A stretch of 50,638 nucleotides of DNA from a virus (taxonomy: Duplodnaviria; Caudoviricetes). The notes below the pieces were generated by a model. It was given only the letters and a program-made list of their open reading frames with translations. It did no database searches and was not told the DNA's origin. Every line of letters starts with the position of its first letter. The stretch's first letter is position 1. Shown one piece after another: positions 1 through 7,558 of the stretch. Position numbers and translations under genes: made by a program. The stretch lies in IMG/VR virus record IMGVR_UViG_3300045922_000571, positions 1-50,638 of that record, one strand, 5' to 3'.

Positions 1-127
1 TCTGCGCCACCGCCGCCTGCGTGACGCCCAGTTCCGCCGCCGCGCCGCGCTGGCTCAGCCCCGCGCGGTAGCGCAGCCACACCACCACGCGCTGCCGCGC
101 CGTGAGCAGCGCCGTCGCCCGCGCCAC
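1..127. repeat. 127-bp terminal direct repeat, copy 1 (circular assembly overlap)
   Basis: nt 1-127 (tctgcgccac...gcccgcgccac) are identical to 50512-50638, and a coding frame runs through the join. Confidence 0.97.
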
Positions 128-502
128 CAGCGCCCGGCGCTCCGCCTCCAGCGCCGCGGCGAACGGATCGCAGCCGCCGCCCGACAGCTCCGGCGCCTCA
201 TCGAGCGGCACCACCGGTATCCCGTTCGGTCCGCCGCCGCCGGCGCCGTCCAGGCTGTCGAGCATCGCGCCGCGCACGCGCAGACGCACGTACACCGCGA
301 AGGTGTCAGCTCGCTCGGGAGAGTACTGAGACGCGGCCTCGATCAGCCCGACGGCGCCCGCCTGGACGAGATCGTCCAGCGACACGCCCGGTACACGCCG
401 CGCGATAGCGGCCGCGATCGGCCGCAAGAGGTAGGAGTATGACTCCACGATCGCGTTGCGGCTCTCGACGTCGACCGTGTCGCGCCGGCACGGCCGGCGC
501 AT
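1..502 (-). CDS. Sigma-70-family (FliA/WhiG/SigF-like) factor, N-terminal part; continues across the circular junction to 50024 (329 aa in total)
   Basis: Translated by hand from ATG 502: MRRPCRRDTVDVESRNAIVESYSYLLRPIAAAIARRVPGVSLDDLVQAGAVGLIEAASQYSPERADTFAVYVRLRVRGAMLDSL, a region-2 signature. It is in frame with ORF 50024..50638 (502-127=375). The ORF track misses it because it wraps. Confidence 0.88.
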   Translation of the reverse strand, partial: MRRPCRRDTVDVESRNAIVESYSYLLRPIAAAIARRVPGVSLDDLVQAGAVGLIEAASQYSPERADTFAVYVRLRVRGAMLDSLDGAGGGGPNGIPVVPLDEAPELSGGGCDPFAAALEAERRALVARATALLTARQRVVVWLRYRAGLSQRGAAAELGVTQAAVAQ

Positions 503-632
503 GGCCTAAAAACTCCGGGCCAACAGCACGCGAGACACCCTCGCTTATGAAGCCGAGCCACGGCAGGCTCTCAACCACGATAGTAGCCGCCGGACTCGCC
601 TTTTCTCACGGTTCTGGAGTACAATCTCTCCG

Positions 633-965
633 ATGCCGCGCAACACGAAGAAGACCCCCGCCCGGCCCGCCAAGGCCCGTCAGACCGCCTCCTCCCGCGC
701 CACTGCCGCTGCCGCAGCGCCGGAGCAGGTGGGTATTGCAGCGACGATGTACATCACGCTCGATGAGGCCGCGCGCCTCACCGGCGTCAGCCGCTCGTTC
801 CTGGAGCGCGAGATCGCTTCCGGCCGCTTGCCGGCGATCCGTGACGTCGCGCTCAAGGTGCACCGCAACGACCTCGACGCTTGGCGCGGAGCACCCGTGA
901 GCGAGCCCGTCGAGCAGCGCAAGAGACCCGCGCGCGCCGCCGGCGCAGGCGCCACGGCCGCCTGA
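633..965 (+). CDS. Excisionase-like (HTH_17/MerR-type) DNA-binding protein
   Basis: YITLDEAARLTGVSRSFLEREIASGRLPA...KVHRNDLDAW is a typical Xis-like HTH. TACAAT at 620-625 ends 7 nt before the ATG, suggesting a leaderless start. Confidence 0.8.
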   Translation: MPRNTKKTPARPAKARQTASSRATAAAAAPEQVGIAATMYITLDEAARLTGVSRSFLEREIASGRLPAIRDVALKVHRNDLDAWRGAPVSEPVEQRKRPARAAGAGATAA

Positions 966-1020
966 CGGCCGCGCGCGCCCGCCCGGGCGAGCGCCCTCCG
1001 GTCTTCCTCCTCGACCCCCA

Positions 1021-1560
1021 GCACGGCCGAGGCCCCGGCGCAAGCCGCAGCGCACACCCACGCGCGCCGAGGCCTCGGCCCGCGCCGCGCGCCGCACCCT
1101 GCGCCCGCCCGCACCACCAGCCGAGGCCACCGCCGCGCGCCGCCCGCGCACACCAGCGGAGCCAGCCGCGGAGGCCTCCGCCGCGCGCCGCCCGCCGCGC
1201 CAGCACGCCACCGCGCCCGGCGCTCGCACACTCCCCTGCCCCGCCGCGCCCGCGCGCGCACCCGCGGAGTGAGCCGTCGAGGCCTCCGGCCACGCGCCGC
1301 GCCTCCGCACCGCGCACCGCCGCGCCCGCCGCGCGCGCACTCCGCCGCGCCCGCGCGCACCCGCAGGCCGACGCGTCAACGCGTCCGCGCCGCGCCGCAG
1401 CCGAGCGACGTGCGACGGCGCCGCCAGCCCGGGACCCCCTGCCAGGTCAGCCGCGCCGCGCCCGGGCGCACCACCGGAGTGACGCGTCGAGACCTCCGCG
1501 CCGCGCCCGCGCGCGCACCCGCGGAGCGACGCGCCGAGGCCTCCGCGCCGCGCCGCGCGG
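1021..1560. repeat. Degenerate GC-rich repeat array (units of about 42-47 bp), apparently non-coding
   Basis: Consensus GCGCACCCGCGGAGYGACGCGYCGAGGCCTCCGCGCCGCGCC. The clearest copies start at about 1146, 1256, 1355, 1466 and 1513, with further GAGGCC cores at about 1029, 1069 and 1123. Confidence 0.7.
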
Positions 1561-1568
1561 AGGCACAG

Positions 1569-1620
1569 AAAAAGCCCCCGGCAGGGAGCGGAGCGCCGAT
1601 CTCCACCCCCGGCCGGGGGC
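1569..1620 (-). terminator. Possible minus-strand intrinsic terminator
   Basis: GCCCCCGGC (1574-1582) pairs with GCCGGGGGC (1612-1620), with an A-tract at 1569-1573. The loop is large and internally paired. Confidence 0.4.
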
Positions 1621-1658
1621 CGGGCCGCCCGGCTCGCAGCTCCGAGCCGCCGCCCACC

Positions 1659-1691
1659 GCGGACGCGCCACGCAGCGCGCCCGCTTTTTTT
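1659..1691 (+). terminator. Rho-independent terminator
   Basis: GCGGACGCGC-cacgca-GCGCGCCCGC stem (1 mismatch) followed by T7. Confidence 0.7.
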
Positions 1692-1894
1692 ATGCCGTCG
1701 GAGGGCGCCGGGCCGCCCCCGCCCGGCCGCTCCAACACCTCATCCGCGCACGGCGAGCGGGCTCAATGCCGGCAGGCACGGAGCGCCCGACCGTGCGGAA
1801 AGCTGTAGCTTTCTCCAGGCCGAAACCGGCACCGCTAAGTCTCGTATTTCCGCGCGCCGGCCCGCCCGGCCGAGAAAACACTTTCTGCACACCC

Positions 1895-2107
1895 TCACTT
1901 CGGCCGCTTCTTGGCGCGCGCCCAGCGCGCCCGCGCCGCCCGCCGCGCGATCTTGCGCCGCTCCTCCGGAGACATCTGCTCCCAGCGGGCCTGGGCCAGC
2001 TCGCTCGCGATCCGCGAGCGCTCCGCCGGCGCCACGCGCGACCACCGCAGCCGCGCCAGCGCGGCCCCCGGCGACTCGATCGAGCCTGCGTCGTCCGTCT
2101 TCTTCAT
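1895..2107 (-). CDS. Small basic protein with a 'SPEERRKIARRAARARW' motif; putative regulator, divergent from the early operon
   Basis: 70-aa ORF with an internally duplicated ...IA..(L/A)A.ARW motif. The motif is shared with 5697-5906. Confidence 0.7.
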   Translation of the reverse strand: MKKTDDAGSIESPGAALARLRWSRVAPAERSRIASELAQARWEQMSPEERRKIARRAARARWARAKKRPK

Positions 2108-2185
2108 ACCTTCATCTTAGCGTGCCTGCGCACGCTGGAGCCGGTACTAAGGCGATTTTCGTGCGGTACTAAGCGTCTTTTCTTC

Positions 2186-2214
2186 TTGCGTGCGCACGCG
2201 GGGAGGTCGATAAT
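2186..2214 (+). promoter_or_regulatory. Sigma70-type early promoter with an overlapping palindromic operator
   Basis: TTGCGT (2186-2191)-N17-GATAAT (2209-2214). The perfect palindrome GCGTGCGCACGC (2188-2199) overlaps the -35. RBS AAAGGAG precedes ATG 2253. Confidence 0.7.
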
Positions 2215-2252
2215 AGAGACAGAAGGCAAACACCTTCGGAAAGGAGACAGAG

Positions 2253-2438
2253 ATGACAGACAAGGAAGCCCTGGCGTGGGAAGTCGAACACGACCAGGAC
2301 TACTACTACGACCTAGCCGCCCGACTCGCCTTCGAGCGGGCGCGCAACGAGGCACTCGTCCGCGCTTACATTCGGGCCCTGGAGCACCTTTTGGCGGCCC
2401 TCCAGGCCGCCCCGCACGGGGAGGTGCCCCGTGCGTGA
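2253..2438 (+). CDS. Hypothetical protein (first early gene)
   Basis: Strong RBS and natural-looking protein composition; overlaps the next gene. Confidence 0.7.
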   Translation: MTDKEALAWEVEHDQDYYYDLAARLAFERARNEALVRAYIRALEHLLAALQAAPHGEVPRA

Positions 2439-2985
2439 GGTGCTGAGACTGGCCCCAGACGTCCCCGCCGTCGTCGCCCTCCGCTTCGACGACGGTGTGG
2501 TCGTCTCTGGTCGCTACGGCGACCAGGTCATGTACACCGTAACCCTCCCCGACGGCGCCGAGCGGGTGATGTACGTCCCGCCCGCCGTCCAGACCATGAT
2601 CTCCCGCGCCGGCCTCAAAGCCGGCGACTGGTTCCGGATCGCGAGAACCCAAAAGGCGAACGGCGCGCGGCGCGCCATCGAGTGGCGCGTCGAACCCCTC
2701 CCGCCGGAGGAGCAGGCCCCAGCGCCAGAGCAGCCTGCCCCCGCCGAGGAGGCCGCGCCGGCCGCTCAGCCCGCCACGCCCGCCCAGCCCGCCACGCCTG
2801 ACCACGCCCAGCGTCCCTCGACCAGGCTCGAGGACGCTCTCAAGACGGTCGTCGCCGCCTGCCACGCGGCGACGGTGTATGCCCGCGAGATCGGCTTCGC
2901 CATCCCGCAATTCACCTCCGAGGACATCGCCAAGATGGCGATGACCCTCACGATCGAGGCTCGGAACAACGGAGGTGCCCGATGA
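2431..2985 (+). CDS. Hypothetical protein (beta-rich N-domain, PAQP linker, helical C-domain); possibly ssDNA-binding or recombination-related
   Basis: GGAGG RBS and ATGA coupling to the next gene. The function is inferred from position only. Confidence 0.7.
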   Translation: MREVLRLAPDVPAVVALRFDDGVVVSGRYGDQVMYTVTLPDGAERVMYVPPAVQTMISRAGLKAGDWFRIARTQKANGARRAIEWRVEPLPPEEQAPAPEQPAPAEEAAPAAQPATPAQPATPDHAQRPSTRLEDALKTVVAACHAATVYAREIGFAIPQFTSEDIAKMAMTLTIEARNNGGAR

Positions 2986-3200
2986 CATACGCTCACCAGA
3001 GTCACGAGTGGGAGTGCTACCCGGGAGCCGGTTGGCCGCCGTCCGCCGGACCCTGGGGCACTCGCTGCCGCGCCTGCGGCGCGGAAGGCTACGCGATCGG
3101 CGGGCCGCGAGGCCCGATCTATTGCGCCTTCGGCGACGAGTCCGAAGGCGCCAAGCCCTGCCCCGCCGCCAAGCCGGAGCAGAAGAAGGAGGACCGATGA
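2982..3200 (+). CDS. Small Cys/His-rich hypothetical protein
   Basis: GGAGG RBS, HEWEC...CRACG...C...C, and ATGA overlaps at both ends. Confidence 0.65.
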   Translation: MTYAHQSHEWECYPGAGWPPSAGPWGTRCRACGAEGYAIGGPRGPIYCAFGDESEGAKPCPAAKPEQKKEDR

Positions 3201-3694
3201 TCTACGAAATCAGAGACGATGGCGGCGCCCGGGAGACCATCCAGGCGGACTCGATCGAAGAGGCCCTCGAACTCGCGCGCGAGTGGGCGGCCGAGGGCTC
3301 CTACGATCAGCGCGTGATGGTCACTGTGTGGGTGACCGAATTCGACGAGAACGAGGAGCCCACCGGACGCACCGAGACCATCGAGGTCGAGGCCGGGCCG
3401 GAGCCGCGCCCGCCCCGCACCGCCTGCGGAGAGGAAGACGAAGACCACCAGTGGGCCGCGCCGCAGAAAGTGGTAGGCGGCCTCGACTCCAACCCCGGCG
3501 TGTTCGGCCTCGGCGGCACGGCGCTGCTGATCCGCCGCGTGTGCGGCCGGTGCGGCATCTACCGCATCGAGCGGCGGCCGGGATCGCAGCGCCGACCCGG
3601 CGAACTCGACGTCGAGATCTCCTACGAGCCAGCAGACGAGATCTCGCTCGCCTGGGTGCGGTCGCAGACCTGGGAGGACGACCACGATGCATGA
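3197..3694 (+). CDS. Acidic hypothetical protein with C...H...CxxC
   Basis: The likely true start is MIYEIRDD at 3197, after AGGAGG, within ORF 2975..3694. Confidence 0.7.
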   Translation: MIYEIRDDGGARETIQADSIEEALELAREWAAEGSYDQRVMVTVWVTEFDENEEPTGRTETIEVEAGPEPRPPRTACGEEDEDHQWAAPQKVVGGLDSNPGVFGLGGTALLIRRVCGRCGIYRIERRPGSQRRPGELDVEISYEPADEISLAWVRSQTWEDDHDA

Positions 3695-4094
3695 GCACGA
3701 ACGCATTCGCTCGGCCCCGTGTGGCTGTCTCTACGACGTGGTGACAGGCTTAGGCGTCCAGCTGTGCGCGGAGCATCGCCCCACCCCCCCAACCCGACGC
3801 CGCGCTGTGAGATGGGCGGACTTTCTGGCCTACGCTCCCCTCGGGGAGCGTAGGCCGATCTGGGGCACGCACGGCGCCGAAGCCGAGATCCTCGACCGTG
3901 TGTGGCACGGCCAAGGCGCCGGACAGATCGGCGATCGCGGCGTCACGACCGTGACCGTGCTCTGGCCGCGCGATCGCGTAATCCAGCGGTGGCGCCGCCG
4001 GCAAGGCTACGTCGTTCCCCGGCGCGATGGCTCGTGGGGCTGGGGCCAGACCCGCTGGGAGCTGATCGATGAGCGGAAGGAGAGCAACCGATGA
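3687..4094 (+). CDS. Hypothetical protein
   Basis: Operon-coupled ORF with an N-terminal PCGC...LC motif. Confidence 0.6.
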   Translation: MHEHERIRSAPCGCLYDVVTGLGVQLCAEHRPTPPTRRRAVRWADFLAYAPLGERRPIWGTHGAEAEILDRVWHGQGAGQIGDRGVTTVTVLWPRDRVIQRWRRRQGYVVPRRDGSWGWGQTRWELIDERKESNR

Positions 4095-4321
4095 GACTCA
4101 CCAGAAAAGAGCGCGCTCTCGCGCGCAAGTTCGACCTGAAGCCACAGGTCGCCGTGGACCTGTGTGAAGCATTCCAAGGCGTCTCTGTCGATGACATCGA
4201 GACGCTGGAGTACCAGTATCACGACGAGGACCCGAACATCGCGATCACGCTCGAGTGGGTGTCGCGCCGGACCGGCGCGCGCCACTGGCAGACGTTCTAC
4301 CGCGGCATCGGGTGGTGCTGA
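4091..4321 (+). CDS. Hypothetical protein
   Basis: AAGGAG RBS and ATGA overlap. Confidence 0.65.
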   Translation: MRLTRKERALARKFDLKPQVAVDLCEAFQGVSVDDIETLEYQYHDEDPNIAITLEWVSRRTGARHWQTFYRGIGWC

Positions 4322-4353
4322 TTTTTCGATGAATCAAAAGAAAGGAGAAAAAG

Positions 4354-4659
4354 ATGACAAGAGTGCAAATGGAAGACGGCTGCGTCGTTGACCCCAACGT
4401 CGCGCAGTGGGAGGTGCCGGACCGGACCGTCCAGAGGCGGTCGGTCATCACCGGCTCGGAGTGGGAGCGCGAATCCCTGTGCCTGAGCCAGCACGGCCGC
4501 CTCTACATCTACTCGTACCAAGCCCGGAGTCCCAGGGACGCGGCGCGCTACGTCGACGCCCAGGAGGCGGCCCGGTGGCTGCTCCTCAACGGCTACTCCC
4601 CGGACGACGAGACCATGCCCCCGGAACTCCGCCCCCTGATGCAGGAGCTGCTGAAGTGA
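4354..4659 (+). CDS. Hypothetical protein
   Basis: AAAGGAG RBS; WERESLCLSQHGR...EAARWLLLNG looks like a natural protein. Confidence 0.7.
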   Translation: MTRVQMEDGCVVDPNVAQWEVPDRTVQRRSVITGSEWERESLCLSQHGRLYIYSYQARSPRDAARYVDAQEAARWLLLNGYSPDDETMPPELRPLMQELLK

Positions 4660-5543
4660 CTCCCAAGCCCAACGGCCACGACGCAGCTCTCGCGCTCCAC
4701 CTGCCCGCTCCGGCCCCCCAGCCGGAGCGGGCGCCTGAGACCCCGACCTACACGGCGGCGGCGGAGCCGCCGGCGATCCTCTCGCCGAGCCAGGTCAATT
4801 TGTTCCTGGAGTGCCCGGCGAAGTGGTACTACAAATACCTGCTCGAACTCGAAACCCCGCTCACCTCATCGCTCGCGCTCGGGCGCGCGGTAGATGAGGC
4901 CCTGAGCTACCACTTCAGGCACAAGGCGCAAACCCGCGAAGACTTGCCCGCCGGCGACGTGATCGAGGCGTTCTCGTGCGCATTCGCCGAGCAGTTCGCC
5001 GAGGCAGAGCTAGCTGAGGACGAAAATCCGGACGACCTGCACACGCTCGGCGAGCAGCTCGTCAACCGCTACCTGGCCGAACTCGCCCCCAGCGTCCAGC
5101 CCGCGCTGGTCGAACGCGACGGCGAGCGCGTGCCAGCAGTGCAACTCCCCGTCTCCGGCGAGATCGCCGGCGTGCCCGTCCAGGGCATCGTCGACCTGAT
5201 CGCCGAGGACGGCACCGTGATCGACCTCAAGACGGCCGCGCGCCGCATGCCCGGCATTCCGCCGGACTACCGCCTCCAGCTCGCCACCTACTGCCGATTC
5301 ACCGGCGCCAGCAAAGCGCAGCTCGACTGCATGATCAAGTCCAAGACCGTGCAGACGCAGCGCCTCAGCACCGAGATCACAGAAGCAGACCAGCGCTTCC
5401 TCGATGCGATCTACCCCGCGGCGCACGAGGCGATGCGCACCGGGCTGTACTTGCCGCGGCGCAGCTCCTGGATGTGCTCGCGCCGCAACTGCCCGTTCTG
5501 GAGGCGTTGCGAGGAGGATTTCGGAGGCACCGTCCAGGACTGA
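4656..5543 (+). CDS. PD-(D/E)XK RecB/AddB/Cas4-like exonuclease, probably Fe-S binding
   Basis: LSPSQVNLFLECPAKWYYKY; GIVDLIAEDGTVIDLKT; QLATY; C-terminal CSRRNCPFWRRC. GTG start overlaps the upstream stop. Confidence 0.88.
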   Translation: MTPKPNGHDAALALHLPAPAPQPERAPETPTYTAAAEPPAILSPSQVNLFLECPAKWYYKYLLELETPLTSSLALGRAVDEALSYHFRHKAQTREDLPAGDVIEAFSCAFAEQFAEAELAEDENPDDLHTLGEQLVNRYLAELAPSVQPALVERDGERVPAVQLPVSGEIAGVPVQGIVDLIAEDGTVIDLKTAARRMPGIPPDYRLQLATYCRFTGASKAQLDCMIKSKTVQTQRLSTEITEADQRFLDAIYPAAHEAMRTGLYLPRRSSWMCSRRNCPFWRRCEEDFGGTVQD

Positions 5544-5567
5544 CAGCACCACAGCACTGACCTACAG

Positions 5568-5601
5568 AGCGGCTCCGGGGGTGACCCGGAGCCGCTTTTT
5601 T
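5568..5601 (+). terminator. Rho-independent terminator of the early operon
   Basis: AGCGGCTCCGGG-ggtga-CCCGGAGCCGCT followed by a T-run. Confidence 0.88.
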
Positions 5602-5659
5602 ATGCCTGCGCTCGAAGACCGCCATGCGTGAGATTATCGACATTGTGCAGACTCGGGGC

Positions 5660-5689
5660 TTGACAGCAGCGCGCCAGTCGGTGTATGTT
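5660..5689 (+). promoter_or_regulatory. Sigma70-type promoter, probably leaderless
   Basis: TTGACA (5660-5665)-N18-TATGTT (5684-5689). ATG 5697 follows after 7 nt with no SD. Confidence 0.7.
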
Positions 5690-5696
5690 TCACGTA

Positions 5697-5906
5697 ATGT
5701 CTAAGCGCAAGTTTAAAGACGGTCAGTTCACCAAGGAGGACTTGTCGCTCGCCGCGGCTGTCCTCGGCCATGCGGGCGGCCGGATCGGCGGTCGAAGGCG
5801 CGCCCAAAACCTCACACCCGAGCAGTTGACGGCGATCGGGAAACTCGCCGCAAAGGCAAGGTGGGGGGAGAGGACGACTCGAAAATCCAAAGAGGCGGGC
5901 GCGTGA
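5697..5906 (+). CDS. Small basic protein with a 'GG..RA..LTPEQ...I...AA.ARW' motif; putative Cro-position regulator
   Basis: AAAVLGHAGGRIGGRRRAQNLTPEQLTAIGKLAAKARW; same motif family as 1895-2107. Confidence 0.75.
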   Translation: MSKRKFKDGQFTKEDLSLAAAVLGHAGGRIGGRRRAQNLTPEQLTAIGKLAAKARWGERTTRKSKEAGA

Positions 5907-6178
5907 CAGGTTCTAGAAAGGGAAATCTGTTGTCGAAAGCTGGGCGCCGGCCCACAGCGCCCAGCTCCGACCCTTCGGAAAGATCGCCTCCGAATCCTTG
6001 ATCCCAGGCGATCGTGCCGGGCTTCCTGTGTTGACGGGGTCCAGCACACCAATCTCGTTGGAGATTGGCCGCGACCGTGGGACCGGTGAGTCTCCGGAGG
6101 CTCCCCACCATTATCCCACGGCGCAAGCAAAAACGAAAGGGGGTTCTCAATGTGTCAACAGCCCGTGGGAGATCAGCA

Positions 6179-7558
6179 ATGACGGCGGCGGCGCGGAAGC
6201 CAGTCGCCAGCGAAGGCGACAAGCGCCCAGCCCTGATGGCTGCGCTCGGAGTCATCGCGTGGCTCCAACTGCCGCGAGCGATTAATCGGCTCGACATGCA
6301 GCAAGGTTCCGCAGAAGGGCGCGTCAAGGCCTGCATCTACGAGCACACCCTCGGAGAGTACGGCCATCTCACCCAGGTCGTCGAGGATTCGCATGGCAAG
6401 AAGCTGGCTGTGGCCATGCACCTCGAAACCCATCGCGATGGGACGGCGCGGCTCCGGTTTCTCAACCAAGCCGACATTGCCAAGGAGACCGGGCTCGATC
6501 GTGCGGTGGTCTGCCGTGTGATCAAAAAGCTCGAAGCCGACGGGCGGATTCGACTGCTACCGCCGCACGGCCGGCGCATCGCCTTGGTGCCGGAGCCTGA
6601 GGCATCCCCAAGCTCCTACACAGGCGAAGAAAAAGCGAACGGATGTTGTGTGTACACAAACACGCTGTGGAGGCTAAACGTGACAGATCCTTTGTTTTCA
6701 AAGGAATACGCGGACACCCTCCGGCGCTGGGCGGAGGAGGAATATGTCCGCTTCCAGCAGGAGCACAACGCCAAGCGGGCGCAATTTTTGCGGGACTGGC
6801 GGCGAGAGGATGAGGAGTTCTGCAGAGCTCTCGGAGCCGAGGTCCAGGCCAAACTGAACGAGCTCCGCGCCCAACTGGGACTCCCACCGTACGACCCCGC
6901 GACGCAACAGGAATTGACCACCGCGGGCAAAACGCCTGCGGCCGAGGCTGCCGCGGATTTGCACACGAAACAACCGTTTTCTTTTTCTTCGCCGGAGCGC
7001 TCCTCGCAAGTGTCTGAAACGGCTGAACTTACGAATTCCGCTGTTGTGTACACGCAACAAGCGTTCGCTTTTTCTTCGCCGGTGGACGATCCATCGTCCC
7101 CAGCCGCCGCGGTCGAAACCCTCGACGGTTTCGACGACGCGCTCACAGCCGCCTTCGACGACCGCGGCAAGCCCATCCCGACGCGGGCGCAAGTCGAGCG
7201 CGTCTTCGAGGCCCTGCCTCCAGGCTCGCGCGATGCCTACCTCATCGATCTGACCCAACCATCGAACGGGCAGAAAGCCCGCATCGACCGCATGGCCCAC
7301 CCCGGAGCGCTCAAAGCCGACGTCCAGGAATTCGTCAAACGCCGCTGGCCGCGGCTTAAAGAAAAGCTCGAAGAAGCCCGCCGAAAGCAAATGGAATGGG
7401 AGGCCCGGCAGGCCGCCGAGGAGGCGCGCTTGGCCGAGGAGATAGCGGCGCGGCCGCCGAACCAGCGCGAAGACTGGGAGGAGCAGTTTCTGCGCGATTA
7501 CCGCAAGCGCCACCGCCACGGCCCGCCGAAAACTCGCGCGGCAGGAGGCTCCGGGTGA
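6179..7558 (+). CDS. Putative replication initiator with winged HTH and internal iteron-like repeats
   Basis: LNQADIAKETGLDRAVVCRVIKKLEADGRIRL wHTH, internal 37-bp repeats, and a lambda-O-like position. GGGAG RBS before ATG 6179 (alternative GTG at 6152). Confidence 0.65.
   Translation: MTAAARKPVASEGDKRPALMAALGVIAWLQLPRAINRLDMQQGSAEGRVKACIYEHTLGEYGHLTQVVEDSHGKKLAVAMHLETHRDGTARLRFLNQADIAKETGLDRAVVCRVIKKLEADGRIRLLPPHGRRIALVPEPEASPSSYTGEEKANGCCVYTNTLWRLNVTDPLFSKEYADTLRRWAEEEYVRFQQEHNAKRAQFLRDWRREDEEFCRALGAEVQAKLNELRAQLGLPPYDPATQQELTTAGKTPAAEAAADLHTKQPFSFSSPERSSQVSETAELTNSAVVYTQQAFAFSSPVDDPSSPAAAVETLDGFDDALTAAFDDRGKPIPTRAQVERVFEALPPGSRDAYLIDLTQPSNGQKARIDRMAHPGALKADVQEFVKRRWPRLKEKLEEARRKQMEWEARQAAEEARLAEEIAARPPNQREDWEEQFLRDYRKRHRHGPPKTRAAGGSG
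6623..7080. repeat. Three 37-bp repeats: 6623-6659 inverted relative to 6957-6993 and 7044-7080
   Basis: The reverse complement of 6623-6659 matches 7044-7080 at 34/37, and 6957-6993 matches 7044-7080 at 30/37. The core TGTTGYGTGTACAC is intact in the first and third copies. Confidence 0.9.

Noticed and set aside
1-127. Terminal repeat as a biological direct terminal repeat or att site
   Set aside because: It falls mid-gene and its 127-bp length equals a common assembler k-mer, so it is best explained as circular overlap.
1021-1560. CRISPR array
   Set aside because: The units are degenerate, spacing is irregular, there are no unique spacers of constant length, and there is no cas operon.
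881-2446. 521-aa plus-strand ORF and overlapping minus-strand ORFs across the repeat array
   Set aside because: R/A/P low-complexity translations caused by extreme GC content and lack of T; the long ORF crosses a terminator and better-supported genes.
4656-5543. cas4 of a CRISPR-Cas system
   Set aside because: Stand-alone Cas4/RecB-like nucleases are common in phage recombination modules; there is no cas1, cas2 or array.
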